From Chiloscyllium plagiosum (lineage: Eukaryota), in assembly GCF_004010195.1 (NCBI RefSeq), contig NW_025215021.1, positions 1 to 59,000 on the forward strand: DNA of 59,000 nucleotides, written 5' to 3'. Below, in pieces: positions 13,060-25,357 of this stretch; positions within the stretch are counted from its first letter, which is position 1; each line of letters opens with the position of its first letter. Both the position numbers and the translations under genes were made by a program. Under the pieces are notes generated by a model, which worked only from the letters and a program-made list of their open reading frames with translations, ran no database searches and was not told where the DNA came from.

Positions 13060-13895
13060 AACTTTATCAAGTACAGAGCCAGAGTCATTAATCACTCCTC
13101 ATGTATCATATCCTTCATCCCTGTGATCCTTCTTATAAACCTCCTCTGGAGCTCCTCCCAGGTCAGCACATCCCTCCTTTGGTACAAGACCCAAAACTGC
13201 TCACAATATTCCAAATGTGATCTGATCAGAGCCTAATACAGCCTCAGCAGTACATTCCTGCTCTTGTATTCTCACCTTCTTGAAATGAATGTTAATGTGG
13301 TATTTGCCTACTGAACTGGGAGAAAGTGAGGGCTGGAGATCAGAGTCGAGAGAGTGGTGCTGGAAAAGCACGGCTGGTCAGGCAGCATCCGAGGAGCGGG
13401 AGAATCGATGTTTTGTGCAGAAGTCCTTCATCAGGAATGAGGCTGAAACGTCGATTCTCCTGCTCCTCAGATGCTGCCTGACCTGTTGTGCTTTTCCAGC
13501 AGCACACTTCCAAGTTTGCCTCCCTGACTGACAACTGAAGCTGCCTATTATCCTTAAGAGAATCCTGAACTAGGACTCCCTAGTCCCTTTGTGCTTTAGA
13601 TTTTTGAAACCTTTCCTCATTTAGAAAATATTCTGTGCCTCTATTCTTCCTGCCAAACTGCATAATCCCACACTTTCCCACATTGGATTGTACATCACTT
13701 CCTTGTTTGGAGGGCTGAAAGGCCTGTTCCTGGGCTGTAACTTTTCTTTGTTCTTTGTTCTATCTGTCACTTCCTTGCCCACACTCCAAGCCTGTCCAAG
13801 TTCTTCTGCAGTCTCCCTGCTTCCTTAGCTCTACCTGTCCCTCCACCTATCTCTGAGTCATCTGCAAACCTCCCAACAATGCTCTCAGTTCCTTC
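13060..13895 (-). mobile_element. Old CR1 LINE fragment with younger insertions
   Basis: ORF 13767-13958 contains IVGRFADDSEIGG...RLQKNLDRLGVWARK; caaaactgctcacaatattccaaatgtg is the reverse complement of HLEYCEQF. Confidence 0.7.
13319..13510. mobile_element. Fold-back mini-PLE (family 1), decayed hammerhead on the minus strand
   Basis: Left arm ends ...ccttcatcaggaatgagg, right arm starts ctgaaacgtcgattctcc. Degenerate TSD tttgcctactgaactg / tttgcctccctgactg. Confidence 0.75.
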
Positions 13896-15169
13896 ACAAA
13901 CATTGGGCATACTCAACAGGTCTGCCAGTATCTGTGGAGAGAAAACTGAAAAAAGCATTTTGGATCCAGCAACCCTCCTTCAGAACAGAAAGATAACTGT
14001 ATCTGAAATGGTAACTTCTTTATTGGTCCACGGGCGCTGTTGGTGTGTTGCCTCCCAGGTACCAGGATTCGTGATGTCTCGGATCATGTTTTTGGGATCC
14101 TTGAGGGGGAGGGGGAGCAGCCCCACCCGTGGTCCACATAGGCACTAACGACGTAGGTAGGAAAAGGGATGGGGATTTAAGGCAGAAATTCAGGGAACTA
14201 GGATGGAAGCTTAGAGCTAGAACGAACAGAGTTGTTATCTCGGGTTTGTTATCCGTGCCACGCACTAGCGAGGAGAGGAATAGGGAGTGAGCAGAACTGA
14301 ACAGGGATGATGCAGAATGGAGGGTTTTGGATTCTTGGATAATTGGAGCTCTTTCTGGGGAAGGTGGGACCTTTATAAACAGGATGGTTTTCACCTGAAT
14401 CAGAGGGATATCAATATCCTGGGGGGATGTTTGCTAATGCACTTCGGAGGGGGATTAAACTAATGCAGCAGGGGGATGGGAACCTGAATTGTAGTTCCAG
14501 TGGTAAAGGAGGTTGAGGGTAGTGAGGTCAGGGATAGGTTTACAAGGTCACAAGAGGACACCAGCAATCAGGATGTTCGTTTGAAATGTGTGTACTTCAC
14601 TGCCAGGAGTATCCGGAATAAGGTGGATGAACTTGCAGCATGGGTTGGTATCTGGGGCTTCGATGCTGTTGCCATTTCAGAGACATGGGTAGAGCAGGGT
14701 CAGGAATGGTTGTTGCAGGTTCCGGGGTTTAGATGTTTCAGTAACAACAGAGAAGATGATAAAAGGTTTGNNNNNNNNNNNNNNNNNNNNNNNNNNNNNN
14801 NNNNNNNNNNNNNNNNNNNNNNNNNNNNNNNNNNNNNNNNNNNNNNNNGCGGGATGGCATTGTTCATCAGCGGTAGTATTGCAGCAGCTGAGAAAATATT
14901 TGAGGACTCATCCACTGATATAGTATGGGCTGAGGTTAGAAACAGGAAAGGAGAGATCACCCTGTTGAGAGTTTTTTATTAGCCTCCGAATAGTTCCAGA
15001 GATGTAGAGGAAAGGATTGCAAAGATGATTTTGGATAGGAGCGAGAGAGTGACAGGGTGTCCTTATGGATGACTTTAACTTCCCCAATATTGACTGGAAA
15101 TACTACACTTCAAGTACATTAGATGGGTCAATTCTTGTTCAATATGTGCAGGAGGGTTTCCCAATACAG

Positions 15170-15265
15170 TTTTAGCAAGTTTTGAGAACATTTGTAGCTC
15201 AGATTGAGGTTCTGGATGTAGGTTTGCTCACTAACCTTCCAGCTCAGTGAGGAAACCTACATCTG
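15170..15265. mobile_element. Very short fold-back insertion of a Poseidon-type PLE end
   Basis: gatgtaggtttgctcact (about 15216-15233) is inverted by agtgaggaaacctacatc (about 15247-15264); it matches the PLE 3' ends at 11760-11815 and 51905-51935. Confidence 0.6.
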
Positions 15266-15540
15266 ACACAATATATAGACAGGCCAACAAGGGGTGAGGC
15301 CATAATGGATTTGGTATTGGGTAATGAACCCGGTCAGGTGTTAGATTTGGAGGGAGTTGAGCATTTCGTGACAATGACCATATTTTGGTTATGTTTACTT
15401 TAGAAATGCAGAGGGGTAGGTATATACTGCAAAGAAAGAGGTATAAATGGGGGAAAGGCAATTATGATGCAATTTGGCAAGATTTAGGATGCATCAGATG
15501 GGGAAGGAAATTGCAGGGGATGGGCACAATTGAAATGTGG

Positions 15541-15668
15541 TAAAAACAATGACTGCAGATGCTGGAAACCAAAGTCTAGATTAGAGTGGTGCTGGAAAAG
15601 CACAACAGTTCAGGCAGCATCCGAGGAGCAGGAAAATTGATGTTTTGGGCAAAAGCCCTTCATCAGGA
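15541..15668 (-). mobile_element. PLE family-1 terminal arm at a CR1 deletion breakpoint
   Basis: taaaaacaatgactgcagatgctgg...gggcaaaagcccttcatcagga. The flanking CR1 jumps from MGTIEMW to YGVLAFISRG. Confidence 0.8.
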
Positions 15669-16369
15669 GTACATGGTGTGTTAGCTTTTATTAGTAGAGG
15701 GATCAAGTTTTGGAACCATGAGGTCATGCTACAAAACTCTGATGCAGCCACACTTGGAGTATTGCATGCAGATCTGGTCACCACATCATAGGAAGGATGT
15801 GGAAGCTTTGGAAAGGGTTCGGAGGAGATTTACCAGGATGTTGCTTGGTATAGAGGGAAGGCCTTATGAGGAAAGGCTAAGAGACTTGAGTCTGTTTTCG
15901 TTGGAGAGAAGAAGGTTGAGAGGTGACTTAATAGAGACATATAAGATAATCAGAGGGTTAGATAGGGTGGACAGGGAGAGCCTTTTTCCTCAGATGGTGA
16001 TGGCTAGTATGAGGGGACATAGCTTTAAATAGAGGGGTGATAGATATAGGACAGACATCAGAGGTAGTTTCTTTACTCAGAGAGTAGTAGGGACATGGAA
16101 CGCACTGCCTGCAGCAATAGGAGACTCGCCAACTTTAAGGGCATTTAAATGGTCATTGGATAGACATATGGATAACAATGGAATAGTGTAAGTTAGATGG
16201 GCATCAGCTTAATTTCACAGGTCGGTGCAACATCGAGGGCCAAATGGCCTATACTGCACTGGAATGTTCTAAGTTCTATGTTCAATGAAAGTGCCATTGC
16301 TCCAAAGTGCAAGGTTCAAGGGCCGAGCTGGAGCTGGTCTGGAGTCACCTGCTCCGACTCCTTTGGTTC

Positions 16370-16665
16370 AGATTAGAGTGTTGCTGGTAAAGCACAGCAG
16401 GTCAGGCAGCATCCGAGGAGCAGGAAAATCGATGTTTCGGGCAATAGCCCTTCATCAGGAATAGAGGCAGGGAGCCTCCGGGATGGAGCGATAATTTTTT
16501 TATCTCTCCTCCCTGGAGACTCCCTGCCTCTATTCCTGATGAAGAGCTTTTGCCCGAAACATCGATTTTCCTGCTCCTCGGATGCTGCCTGACCTGCTGT
16601 GCTTTTCTAGCAACACTCTGATCTATACTCTGGTTTCCAGCATCTGCAATCCTCACTTTTGCTTG
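16370..16665. mobile_element. Fold-back mini-PLE (family 1) with hammerhead cores on both strands; opposite orientation to the other family-1 copies
   Basis: Arms of about 125 bp around 16495. Minus-strand core 16431-16458, plus-strand core 16536-16563. Degenerate TSD gactcctttg/gattcctttg. Confidence 0.8.
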
Positions 16666-16979
16666 CTATGATTCCTTTGTCAGGAATTCCTTGTGTTAGC
16701 TCCATATCCAGGGGTGGGAGATTGGGAAGCTGCATATTAATGAGGTGAGATTTGGTCAGAAACAGAACCTAATTCTGAGCTAATGCATGCATTACTCCCT
16801 GGTGGACATCTTGTCTCACTGAGTCACTCCTGGATTGAAACAGGGCCTGAGATCTCTGCTCACTGGGGAGATCCCTTATCCTCTTGCTCCCTTGTACATG
16901 GGCAGGAAAGATTGTGTCCAGAGTGTCCACCCTGACTGAGGGCCTTTTCATCTACCTATCCATTCCACAGCTAAGTCTT

Positions 16980-17086
16980 CAAACACTCTGTTCAGGGGTA
17001 TTATGATAACCCCAGGAGTAGGTGGGACTTGAACTCAGGCCTCCTGGCTCAGAAGTACGGACGCCACCACGATGCTCCAAGAGCCC
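16980..17086 (-). mobile_element. tRNA-derived SINE head
   Basis: The minus strand has an A-box-like tggagcatcgtgg and a B-box gagttcaagtcc at tRNA spacing; no full cloverleaf. Confidence 0.6.
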
Positions 17087-17279
17087 TCTGTTTATTTGCC
17101 GATGAGAAACAGCTTTGTAAGCTGTCTCCCTACCCCTACCTGTTGTGATGATGCTGTCATTTTCAAAGGTTATTTTGTTCTGGGATTTTTTGGAGAGAGA
17201 TGTAAAGGCAGAGGTGAACTGCCTACTGGAGATGGCCTCAGTAAATAGCTTTGGACGCCTTTCAGTTTCTTTAAGCAGT

Positions 17280-17775
17280 TGTACCAATGTAAGGGGAGAG
17301 GTCAGTGAGCACAGACCTAGATTTCTAGTTCTTTTCCACTTTTACCATCAGAAGCTGTTTGGGGTCCCAGAAGAGTTAGGAATTTCAGGAGATGATTCGG
17401 AGCTGCTATTCTCACTGAAATTTCCCTCCTGGATTGGAGAACCACCTGTAAGAATCTGAATTTGCCTTTTTGCCATGGGGTGTGTTTATAGGATGTTACT
17501 CGATTGGAACAGTTAATTAGTATTAGGTAATGTATTTGTTATTCAGTTAAGTTATTCTAAATTCCTCTTTCTTTTTGTTTGCATTTTAACCACAGTGTTT
17601 AAATAAATGGTGTTTTGTTGAATGTCGAGTGGTTCGACCAGCCACATTGCCTCTGGAATACGGCACTTCACGTCTACCTATAAAATCAAAAAAAGTTCGG
17701 GTCCAGGCTACCTTCTTCATATATTTTGAGGGGGTCTGGTTTGGTCTGGTCTGGTCTGGTTTGGTCTGGTCTGTT
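17280..17775 (+). mobile_element. LTR-like fragment ending in a (ggtct)n microsatellite
   Basis: Starts tgt, is non-coding, has AATAAA near 17602; ggtct/ggttt pentamers at 17733-17773. Confidence 0.4.
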
Positions 17776-17934
17776 CTGATCGATAGTGTTGTCCCACTCT
17801 GACTACTTGTACCCACCCAGCTGCTGTGCAATGTTGGCTTGTCATTTCTCTTTCACTCTCTGAACCGACCCTCAGATGAATCTTCCACCACTATTTCCTC
17901 ACTGTTATGGTTAAACCCCTCCCTATAGTTCTGT

Positions 17935-19600
17935 TTTAACACTTCACCTGCTCTTGAAGGAGTCTTAGTGAATTTCTGCAGTGCATTATGTAGATAGTAC
18001 ACACTGCTGCTATTGAGCGTCGGTGATGGAGGGAGTGGATATTTGTAGATGTGACGTCAATCAAGCAGGCTGCTCTGTCCTGGATGGTGTCAAGCTTCTT
18101 GAGTGTTGTTGGAGCTGCCCACATGCAGGCAAGTGAGGAGTATTCCATCACACTCCTGACTTGTGCCTTGTATCTGGTGGACAGGGTTTCGGGAGTCAGG
18201 AGGGGAGTTACTCACTGCAGTATCCTTAGCCCCTTACCTGCTCTTGTAACCATTCCTCTCTCTCACACACAGACACACACACACACACTCTCTTGCACAC
18301 AGTCTCTCACAGACATATCCTCTATCATACACACCCTCTCTCTCTCTCTCTTAAGTGCTTGTATACACACACACATATTAATATTTGGGGTGAATAATTT
18401 CATCCAGGATGTCATTTTATTTGCAGATGCATTTTATTTGGTTTAAAGAAAACACACAATTTGTAGTCACAGTCGGTCAGTGTGGCATTTTGCAAATTCC
18501 TACTTTTGGAACAAGACCTGCCTGATGTAAAACTCGGAGACAGACCCTGAAGGCCTCACACCAACAATTCAGTGTCTGATCTGAAATGTCACCCTTGTAT
18601 CTCGGCCTGACTGACGTTTGGAAAGTTAGGCAGGCACTGATAAAACCCTTCATTATCTTGGAGCAGTGAAACAGATTCTGAATTTGTTCCTTCATCAGAT
18701 GAAACTTGCATTTCCTTTCTAACAGTGTTCTCCATCAGCCATTTTGTTCACTACACTTCCACCAGTTGTATGATCCTTTGCTGCCTCTGCTTTATAAACT
18801 GTGTTGCTGTGTGCCCTCTCTCACTTCACTTGACGAAGGAGCGTTACTCTGAAAGCTCGTGATTTCAAATAAACTTGTTGGACTTTATGGTGAATGTTTA
18901 ACTCCCAGAATGTTGACAGTGTGAGATTCAATGATGATAACGCAGTGGTGGTTAGATTGTCTCTTGTTGGTGATGGATATTACCTGGCATTTGTTGGCGT
19001 GAATGCCAAGCAGCCCAAGCCTGGATATTGCCCAGATCTTGTTGCATTTGAACACGGACTGCTTCAGTATCTGAGGAGTCATGAATGGTGCTGAATATTG
19101 TACAATCATTGGTGAACATCCCCACTTCTGACCTTATGACAGAGGGATGGTCATTGATGAAGCAGTTGAGGCTGAGGATACTATCCTGAGGAACTCCTGC
19201 AGAGATGTCCTGGAGCTGAGTGATTGACCTCCATGAATCACAACCACCTTCCTATGTGTCAGATATGACTGAAACCACTGGAGTGTTTGCCCCCTGATAC
19301 CCGTTGATTCTAGTTTTGCCCAGGATCCTTGATGCCACACTCGGTTGAATGCAGCCTTGATGTCAGGGCTGTCCCTCTCCCCTCCCCTCTGGAATTCAGC
19401 TCTTTTGTCCATGTTTGAACCTAACATGGTCTTGGTGGAACCGAAACTGGGCGTCACTGAGCAGGCTATTGCTGAGAAGGTGCTGCTTGATGGCACTGTT
19501 GATGACACTTTCCATCGTTTTACTGATGATCAAGAGTAGACTGATGGGGCAGTAATTGGCCAGGCAATTGTCCTGCTTTATATGTACAGGACATACCTGC
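17935..19600 (-). mobile_element. Old non-LTR LINE (CR1/L2 group, distinct from subfamilies A-C) RT pseudogene, split by a PLE
   Basis: ANYCPISLLLIISKTME, DIKAAFNRVWHQG, EYSSLACMWAAPTTLKKLDTIQDRAA...SLHHRR. The same family recurs at 39440-39870 (+). Confidence 0.75.
18250..18890 (+). mobile_element. PLE family-2 3' region with (CA)n/(CT)n tract and decayed hammerhead
   Basis: Ends cttgacgaaggagcgttactctgaaagctcgtgatttcaaataaacttgttggact, homologous to 37925-38005 and 58257-58342. Confidence 0.65.
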
Positions 19601-19889
19601 GAAATACCTGGAACAACGAGGTGGTGATTCTGGAGTAGGAGAGGGAGAGATCGCTCCATCAAAAAGTAACTTTTATTTCTGTATTCCATATGATTCCAGC
19701 GCAGTACAGTGCTGTGCCAACCTGTGGAGTCAATCTGAAGCCCATCTATCCAACACTATTCCATTTTCATCCATGTGTTTATCTAATGACAATTTAAATG
19801 CCCTTAAAGTTAGCGATTCAACTTCTGATTCATGCAGAGCGTTCCACGTCTCTACTACTCTGAGTAAAAAAAAACTACCTCTGACATCC

Positions 19890-20188
19890 GGGGCAGCACA
19901 GTCGCTAGCACTGCTGCCTCAAAACGGCAGGACCCGGGTTCAATTCCTGCCTCGGGCAACTGTCTGTGTGGAGATTGCACATTCTCCTCGTGGGTTTCCT
20001 CCGGGTGCTCCAGTTTCCTCCCACAATCCAAAGATGTGCAGGTGAATTGGCCATGCTAAATTACCTGTAGTGTTAGGTGAAGGGGTAAATGTATGGGAAT
20101 TGATCTGGGTGGGCTGCTCTTCGGAGGATCGGTGTGGAAACGTTGGGCCGAAGGGCCTGTTTCCACACTGTAAGGAATCTAATCTAAT
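19890..20188 (+). mobile_element. V-SINE (HE1-like)
   Basis: tRNA-like head with B box ggttcaattcc, V-domain gtgtggag..cacattctcc..gtgggtttcctccgggtgctcc, CR1-like tail, (aatct)n. Confidence 0.85.
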
Positions 20189-20299
20189 ATGTCCTATATC
20201 TATTGCCCCTCAATTTAAAACAATGTCCCCTCATGCTAGCCATCACCATCCAAAGAAAAAGGCTTTCACTATCTAACTTCTGATTATCTTATATATCTC

Positions 20300-20746
20300 A
20301 CTATCTGGTATGGCAACTGGACCATTCAAGATTGGAGATGGTTACAGAGAGTGGTGAACTTGGCCTGGACAATCACAAAGGCCAACCTCCCATCCATAGA
20401 ATCCATCTACCAGGCCCGCTGTCAAGGAAAGGCCACCAGCATTCTCTAAAATCCTCCCACCCTGGCAATGTACCTTTACCATTGGGGAGAAGGGACAGAA
20501 GTCTGAACACACACCAGCTGGTTTTGAAACAGTTTCTACCTTACTGCTGTAAGAATACTGAATGGACTCACAAACTCTTAACATTCGCCTGTACCTGTGT
20601 TTTTGTTTTTGCCGCTGTTTACCTATTATTTACTTATCTATACTATTTCACTCTGTGATCTGCCTGTATTGCTCACAAGACAAAGCTTTTCACTGTGCCT
20701 TGGCACACATGACAATAAATTCAATTCAATTCAATTCAATTCATTC
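20300..20746 (+). mobile_element. Rex1/Babar LINE 3' end
   Basis: Homologous to 34500-34890 (SHPGN..PL..GRR..RS); ends gacaataaa(ttcaa)4. Confidence 0.8.
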
Positions 20747-21840
20747 TAAAGAAAACAGCTTCAAGTCCCTCCACATTTCCTCATGAGAACTTCGTTCCAT
20801 ACCAGGCAACATTCCAGTAAATGTCCTCTGAACCCTTTCCAATAATGCAGCAATCAGAACTGTACACAACACTCCAAGTGCAGCCGCACCAGACTTTTGT
20901 ATAGCTGCAGCATAACCTCGTGGTTCCGAAACGTGATTCCTCTACTAATAAAAGCTAACACGCCGTATGCCTTCTTAACAACTCTATCAACCTCGGTGGC
21001 AATTTTCAGGGATTTTTGTACATGGACACTGAGATCTCTCTGCCCATCTACACTACCAAGAATCTTACCATTAGCCCAGTATTCTTTATTCCTGTTGCTC
21101 CTTCCAAAGTGAATCACCTCACATTTTTCCACATTAAATTCCATTTGCCACCTCTCAGCCCAGCTCTGCAGCTTATCTCTGTCCCTCTGTAACCTGCAAC
21201 ATCCTTCTACACTATCCACAACTCCACCGACCTTAGTGTCATCCACAAATTTACTAATCCATCCTTCTATGCCCTCGTCCAGATCATTTATAAAAAGGAC
21301 AAACAGCAGTGGCCCTGAAACAGATCCTTGCAGTACCCCACTAGTAACTGAACTTCGGGATGAATGTTTCCCATCAACCACCACACTCTCTCTTTTTACA
21401 GCTAGCCAATTTCTGATCCAAACCACCAAATCACCCTCAGTCCCATACCTCCCATATTTTGTGCAACAGCCTATCTTGGGGAATCTTATCAAACGTCGTA
21501 CTGAAATCCATATACACCATATCAACCGCTTTACCCTTATCCACCTGCTTGGACCCCCTCTCAAAGAACTCAGTAAGGATTGTGAGGCACGATCTACCCT
21601 TCACAAAACCATGTTGACTCTCCCGAATCAACTTATTCCTTTCTAGATGATTGTAAATCCTATCTCTTATAACCTTTTCTAACATTTTACCCACAACTGA
21701 AGTAAGGCTCACTGGTCTATAATTTCCAGGTAAAAACAACGAGGTAAAAACAATGACTGCAGATGCTGGAAACCAGATTCTGGACCAGTGGTGCTGGAAG
21801 AGCAATGCAATTCAGGCAGCATCCGAAAAGCTTCGAAATC

Positions 21841-21868
21841 GACGTTTCGGGCAAAAGCCCTTCATCAG
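21841..21868 (-). ncRNA. Minimal type I hammerhead ribozyme core
   Basis: Minus strand reads CUGAUGA-A-GGGC uuuu GCCC-GAAA-CGUC; predicted cleavage after GUC; stem I is weak. Confidence 0.75.
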
Positions 21869-22656
21869 GAATAAAGGCAGAGAGCCTGAAGCGTGGAGAG
21901 ATAAGCTAGAGGAGGGTGGGGGTGGGGAGAGAGTAGCATAGAGTACAATAGGTCAGTGGGGGAGGAGTTGAAGGTGATAGGTCAGGGAGGAGAGGGTNNN
22001 NNNNNNNNNNNNNNNNNNNNNNNNNNNNNNNNNNNNNNNNNNNNNNNNNNNNNNNNNNNNNNNNNNNNNNNNNNNNNNNNNNNNNNNNNNNNNNNNNNNN
22101 NNNNNNNNNNNNNNNNNNNNNNNNNNNNNNNNNNNNNNNNNNNNNNNNNNNNNNNNNNNNNNNNNNNNNNNNNNNNNNNNNNNNNNNNNNNNNNNNNNNN
22201 NNNNNNNNNNNNNNNNNNNNNNNNNNNNNNNNNNNNNNNNNNNNNNNNNNNNNNNNNNNNNNNNNNNNNNNNNNNNNNNNNNNNNNNNNNNNNNNNNNNN
22301 NNNNNNNNNNNNNNNNNNNNNNNNNNNNNNNNNNNNNNNNNNNNNNNNNNNNNNNNNNNNNNNNNNNNNNNNNNNNNNNNNNNNNNNNNNNNNNNNNNNN
22401 NNNNNNNNNNNNNNNNNNNNNNNNNNNNNNNNNNNNNNNNNNNNNNNNNNNNNNNNNNNNNNNNNNNNNNNNNNNNNNNNNNNNNNNNNNNNNNNNNNNN
22501 NNNNNNNNNNNNNNNNNNNNNNNNNNNNNNNNNNNNNNNNNNNNNNNNNNNNNNNNNNNNNNNNNNNNNNNNNNNNNNNTACTCTATGCTACTCTATCCC
22601 CACCCCCACCCCCCTCTAGTTTATCTGTCCACGCTTCAGGCTCTCTGCCTTTATTC

Positions 22657-22684
22657 CTGATGAAGGGCTTTTGCCCGAAACGTC
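22657..22684 (+). ncRNA. Minimal type I hammerhead ribozyme core
   Basis: ctgatga a gggc tttt gccc gaaa cgtc; palindromic ACGU stem III of the kind seen in dimer-forming PLE hammerheads. Confidence 0.75.
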
Positions 22685-22838
22685 GATTTCGAAGCTTTTC
22701 GGATGCTGCCTGAATTGCTGTGCTCTTCCAGCACCACTGGTCCAGAATATAATTTCCAGGGTTGTCTCGACTCTCCTTCAACAAGGGAACAACATTTGCT
22801 ATCCTCCAGTCTTCTGGCACTATTCCTGTGGACAATGA

Positions 22839-22985
22839 TTTGGAGATGCCGGTGTGTACTGTCGCGACAGAAGCTGGGGGTCCCCTGTAAAATGGGTTTC
22901 AAGATCCATTCGACATAGCCAGAGAAGTTCTCACACAGGGTCCCATTGCCCTGATGGGACGTCCTGGTGTATTGGCTTTGTGTAT
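22839..22985 (-). mobile_element. Chimeric PLE fragment: 17-bp family-2 tail fused to an internal PLE RT segment
   Basis: tttggagatgccggtgt (compare 31215 and 37800), followed by sequence whose minus strand reads IHKANTPGRPI../GNGTLCENFSGYVEWILKPILQGTPSFCRDST. Confidence 0.65.
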
Positions 22986-24374
22986 CATAAAGATTAAAGC
23001 CAAAGGCTCTGCAATCTCCTCCCTATCTTCCCAGAGAATGCTCGGATAAATCCCATCCGGCCCAGGGAAACTTATCTATTTTCACACTTTCCAGAATTGC
23101 TAATACCTCCTCCTTGTGGGCCTCAATCCCATCTAGTCTGGTAGCCTGTATCTCAGTATTCTCCTCGACAACATTGTTTTTCTCAAGTGTGAATACTGAC
23201 AAAAAAAATTCATTTAGTGCTTCCCTATGTCCTCAGACTCCACGCACAACTTCTCATTACTACCCTAGATTGGCTCTAATCTTTCTCTCATCATTCTTTT
23301 ATTTCTGACATACTGATAGAAAGCTTTCAGGTTTTCCTTGACTCTGCTGGCTCTTCTTAGCTTTCGTTAGATCTTTCCTGGCTAACCTGTAACTCTCATG
23401 TGATCTGAGTCTTCATGTCTCAACCTAATATAAGCCTTCTTCTTCCTCTTGACAAGAGTTTTAACTTCTTTAGTAAACCATGCCTCCCTCACTCGACCAC
23501 TTCCTCCCTGCCTGACATGTACATACTTACCAAGGACACGCAGTAGCTGTTCCTTGAATAAGCTCCACATTTCAATTGTGCCCATCCCCTGCAGTTTCCT
23601 TCTCCGTCCTATGAATCCTAAATCTTGCCGAATCTCATCATAATTGCCTTTCCCTCAGCTGCAACTCTTTGCCCTCTGGTATATACCTATCCCTTTCCAT
23701 CACTAAAGTAAACATAACCAAATTGTGGTCACATCACCAAAGTGCTCCCCTACCACCTGGCTGGGTTCATTACCCAGTACCAAATCCAATGTGGCCTTGC
23801 CCCATCTATAACCCTCATAATTTTATACTTCTCAATGCCTGGCCAGTGCCATGGATGAATTTTTAGTGTTTCTCCTGGGAATCAAAGACAATGCCTTTTG
23901 AGTTCCCAATATTTATTTGGAAAATCTTTTGGCTCACTCAAAGAAGGAGCAGAATGGTAAGAGGTGGATGCAAGCAGCCCAGCGATCTGATGTTTTTGGG
24001 TAGTGTACTTGGTGGTGGTGTTTCTTTGGAGGCTTTCGCCTTGGTGAAATGGCAAGCCAGCATTTCAGTTTTTGTCCCATCATGTTGTTCTCATCGTGGA
24101 TCTAGGTTCTTTGAGACCAGGAGTCTTTACATGGACTTTGTTGAACTTTGTCTTGAATTTGCTTGATTTTGTAGCTAATGATTTTATCATGACTTCTGTC
24201 ATTATAGGTGCCATGGTAGGGCAACTTAGAACAATTTTTCATTGTATTTTTATTGTAAAAATACGTATGATAATGAATAAATTCTAAATGCCACCCGCGC
24301 TCCCCCCCCAGTCTCCACCAAGAAAAACAATCCCTCTGTTTAATCTCTCTTCATAACTCAAACTCCACAGTGCG

Positions 24375-25312
24375 TTATAGAGTCATTAAGAGATAGAGAT
24401 GTTCAGCAAAGAAACAGACCCTTTGATACAACTCATCCATGCCAACCAGATTTCCTAAATTAATCTGTTCCCATTTGTCAGCATTTGGCCCATATCCCGC
24501 TAAACCCTATTCATATACCAGATGCCTTTTAAATGTTGTAATTGTACCAGCCTCCACCAGTTCCTCTGGCAGCTCATCCCATACAAGCACCACCGTCTAT
24601 GTGAAAACATTGCTCCTTAAGTTCCTTTTATATTTTTCCCCTCTTACCCTAAATCTATGCCCTCTAGTTTTGGACTCCCCCAACTCCAAGGAAAAGACCT
24701 TGTTTATTTATCCTATCCATGCCCCTCATGATTTTATAAACCTCTATAAGGTCACCTCTCAGCCTCCAATCCTCCAGTGAAAACAGCCCTAGCCTATTCA
24801 ACTCTCCTGAAAGTGCAAATCCTCTAACCCTGATAACATCTTTGTAAATCTTTTCTGAACCCTTTCAAGTTTCACAACATCTTTCCCATATGAAGGAGAC
24901 CCAGAATTGCACACAATGTCCTGTACAGCCGCAACATGGCCTCCCAACTCTTGTACTCAATACTCTGACCATTAAAGGGAAGCATACCAAACACCTTCTT
25001 CACTATCATATCTACATGTGACTGCACTTTCAAGGAGCTATGAACCTGCACTCCTAGGTCTCTTAGTTCAGCAACATTCTCCAGGACCTTACCATCAAGT
25101 GTATAAACCCTGGTAAGGTTTGTTTTCCCAACATGTAGCACCTCGCATTTATCTAAATTAAACTCCTCAGCCCATCAGCCCATCTGATCAAGATCCTATT
25201 GTAATCTGAAGTAACCTTCTTCGCTGCCCACTACACCTACAATTTTGGTTTCGTCTGCAAACCTACTAACTATACCTGCTATGCTCACATCCAAATCATT
25301 TATATAAATGAC
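24375..25312 (-). mobile_element. CR1 LINE 3' end (subfamily A)
   Basis: ORF 24872-25141 LRDLGVQVHSSLKV...MLRLYRTL; tail at 24375-24400. Confidence 0.85.
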
Positions 25313-25357
25313 GAGAAGGGAGTGAGAGAGGACACAGGCAACTACAGGGTCTGTTAG

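Larger units (their letters stand above)
14030..16283 (+). mobile_element. CR1 LINE (subfamily C): ORF1 SGNH-esterase, ORF2 endonuclease and 3' end; RT core deleted
   Basis: CCLPGTRIRDV...VVHIGTNDVGRK (esterase-like ORF1). CVYFTARSIRNKVDEL...AISETW (APE). HLEYCMQIWSP...RRLRGDLIETYKI. Tail gttctaagttctatgttc. Confidence 0.9.
21731..22747. mobile_element. Fold-back PLE (family 1) with 13-bp TSD and intact hammerhead cores on both strands; centre lies in a gap
   Basis: TSD tataatttccagg at 21718-21730 and 22748-22760, so the host CR1 peptide PGNY appears on both sides. Arms are near-perfect inverted copies. Confidence 0.92.
19695..23805 (-). mobile_element. CR1 LINE (subfamily C) ORF2 pseudogene hosting a SINE, a Rex1 and two PLE insertions
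   Basis: ORFs 20854-21564 (GVLQGSVSGP, KFVDDTK, HLECCVQF), 21437-21805 (NYRPVSLTSVVG, SQHGF) and 23382-23585. Confidence 0.9.
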
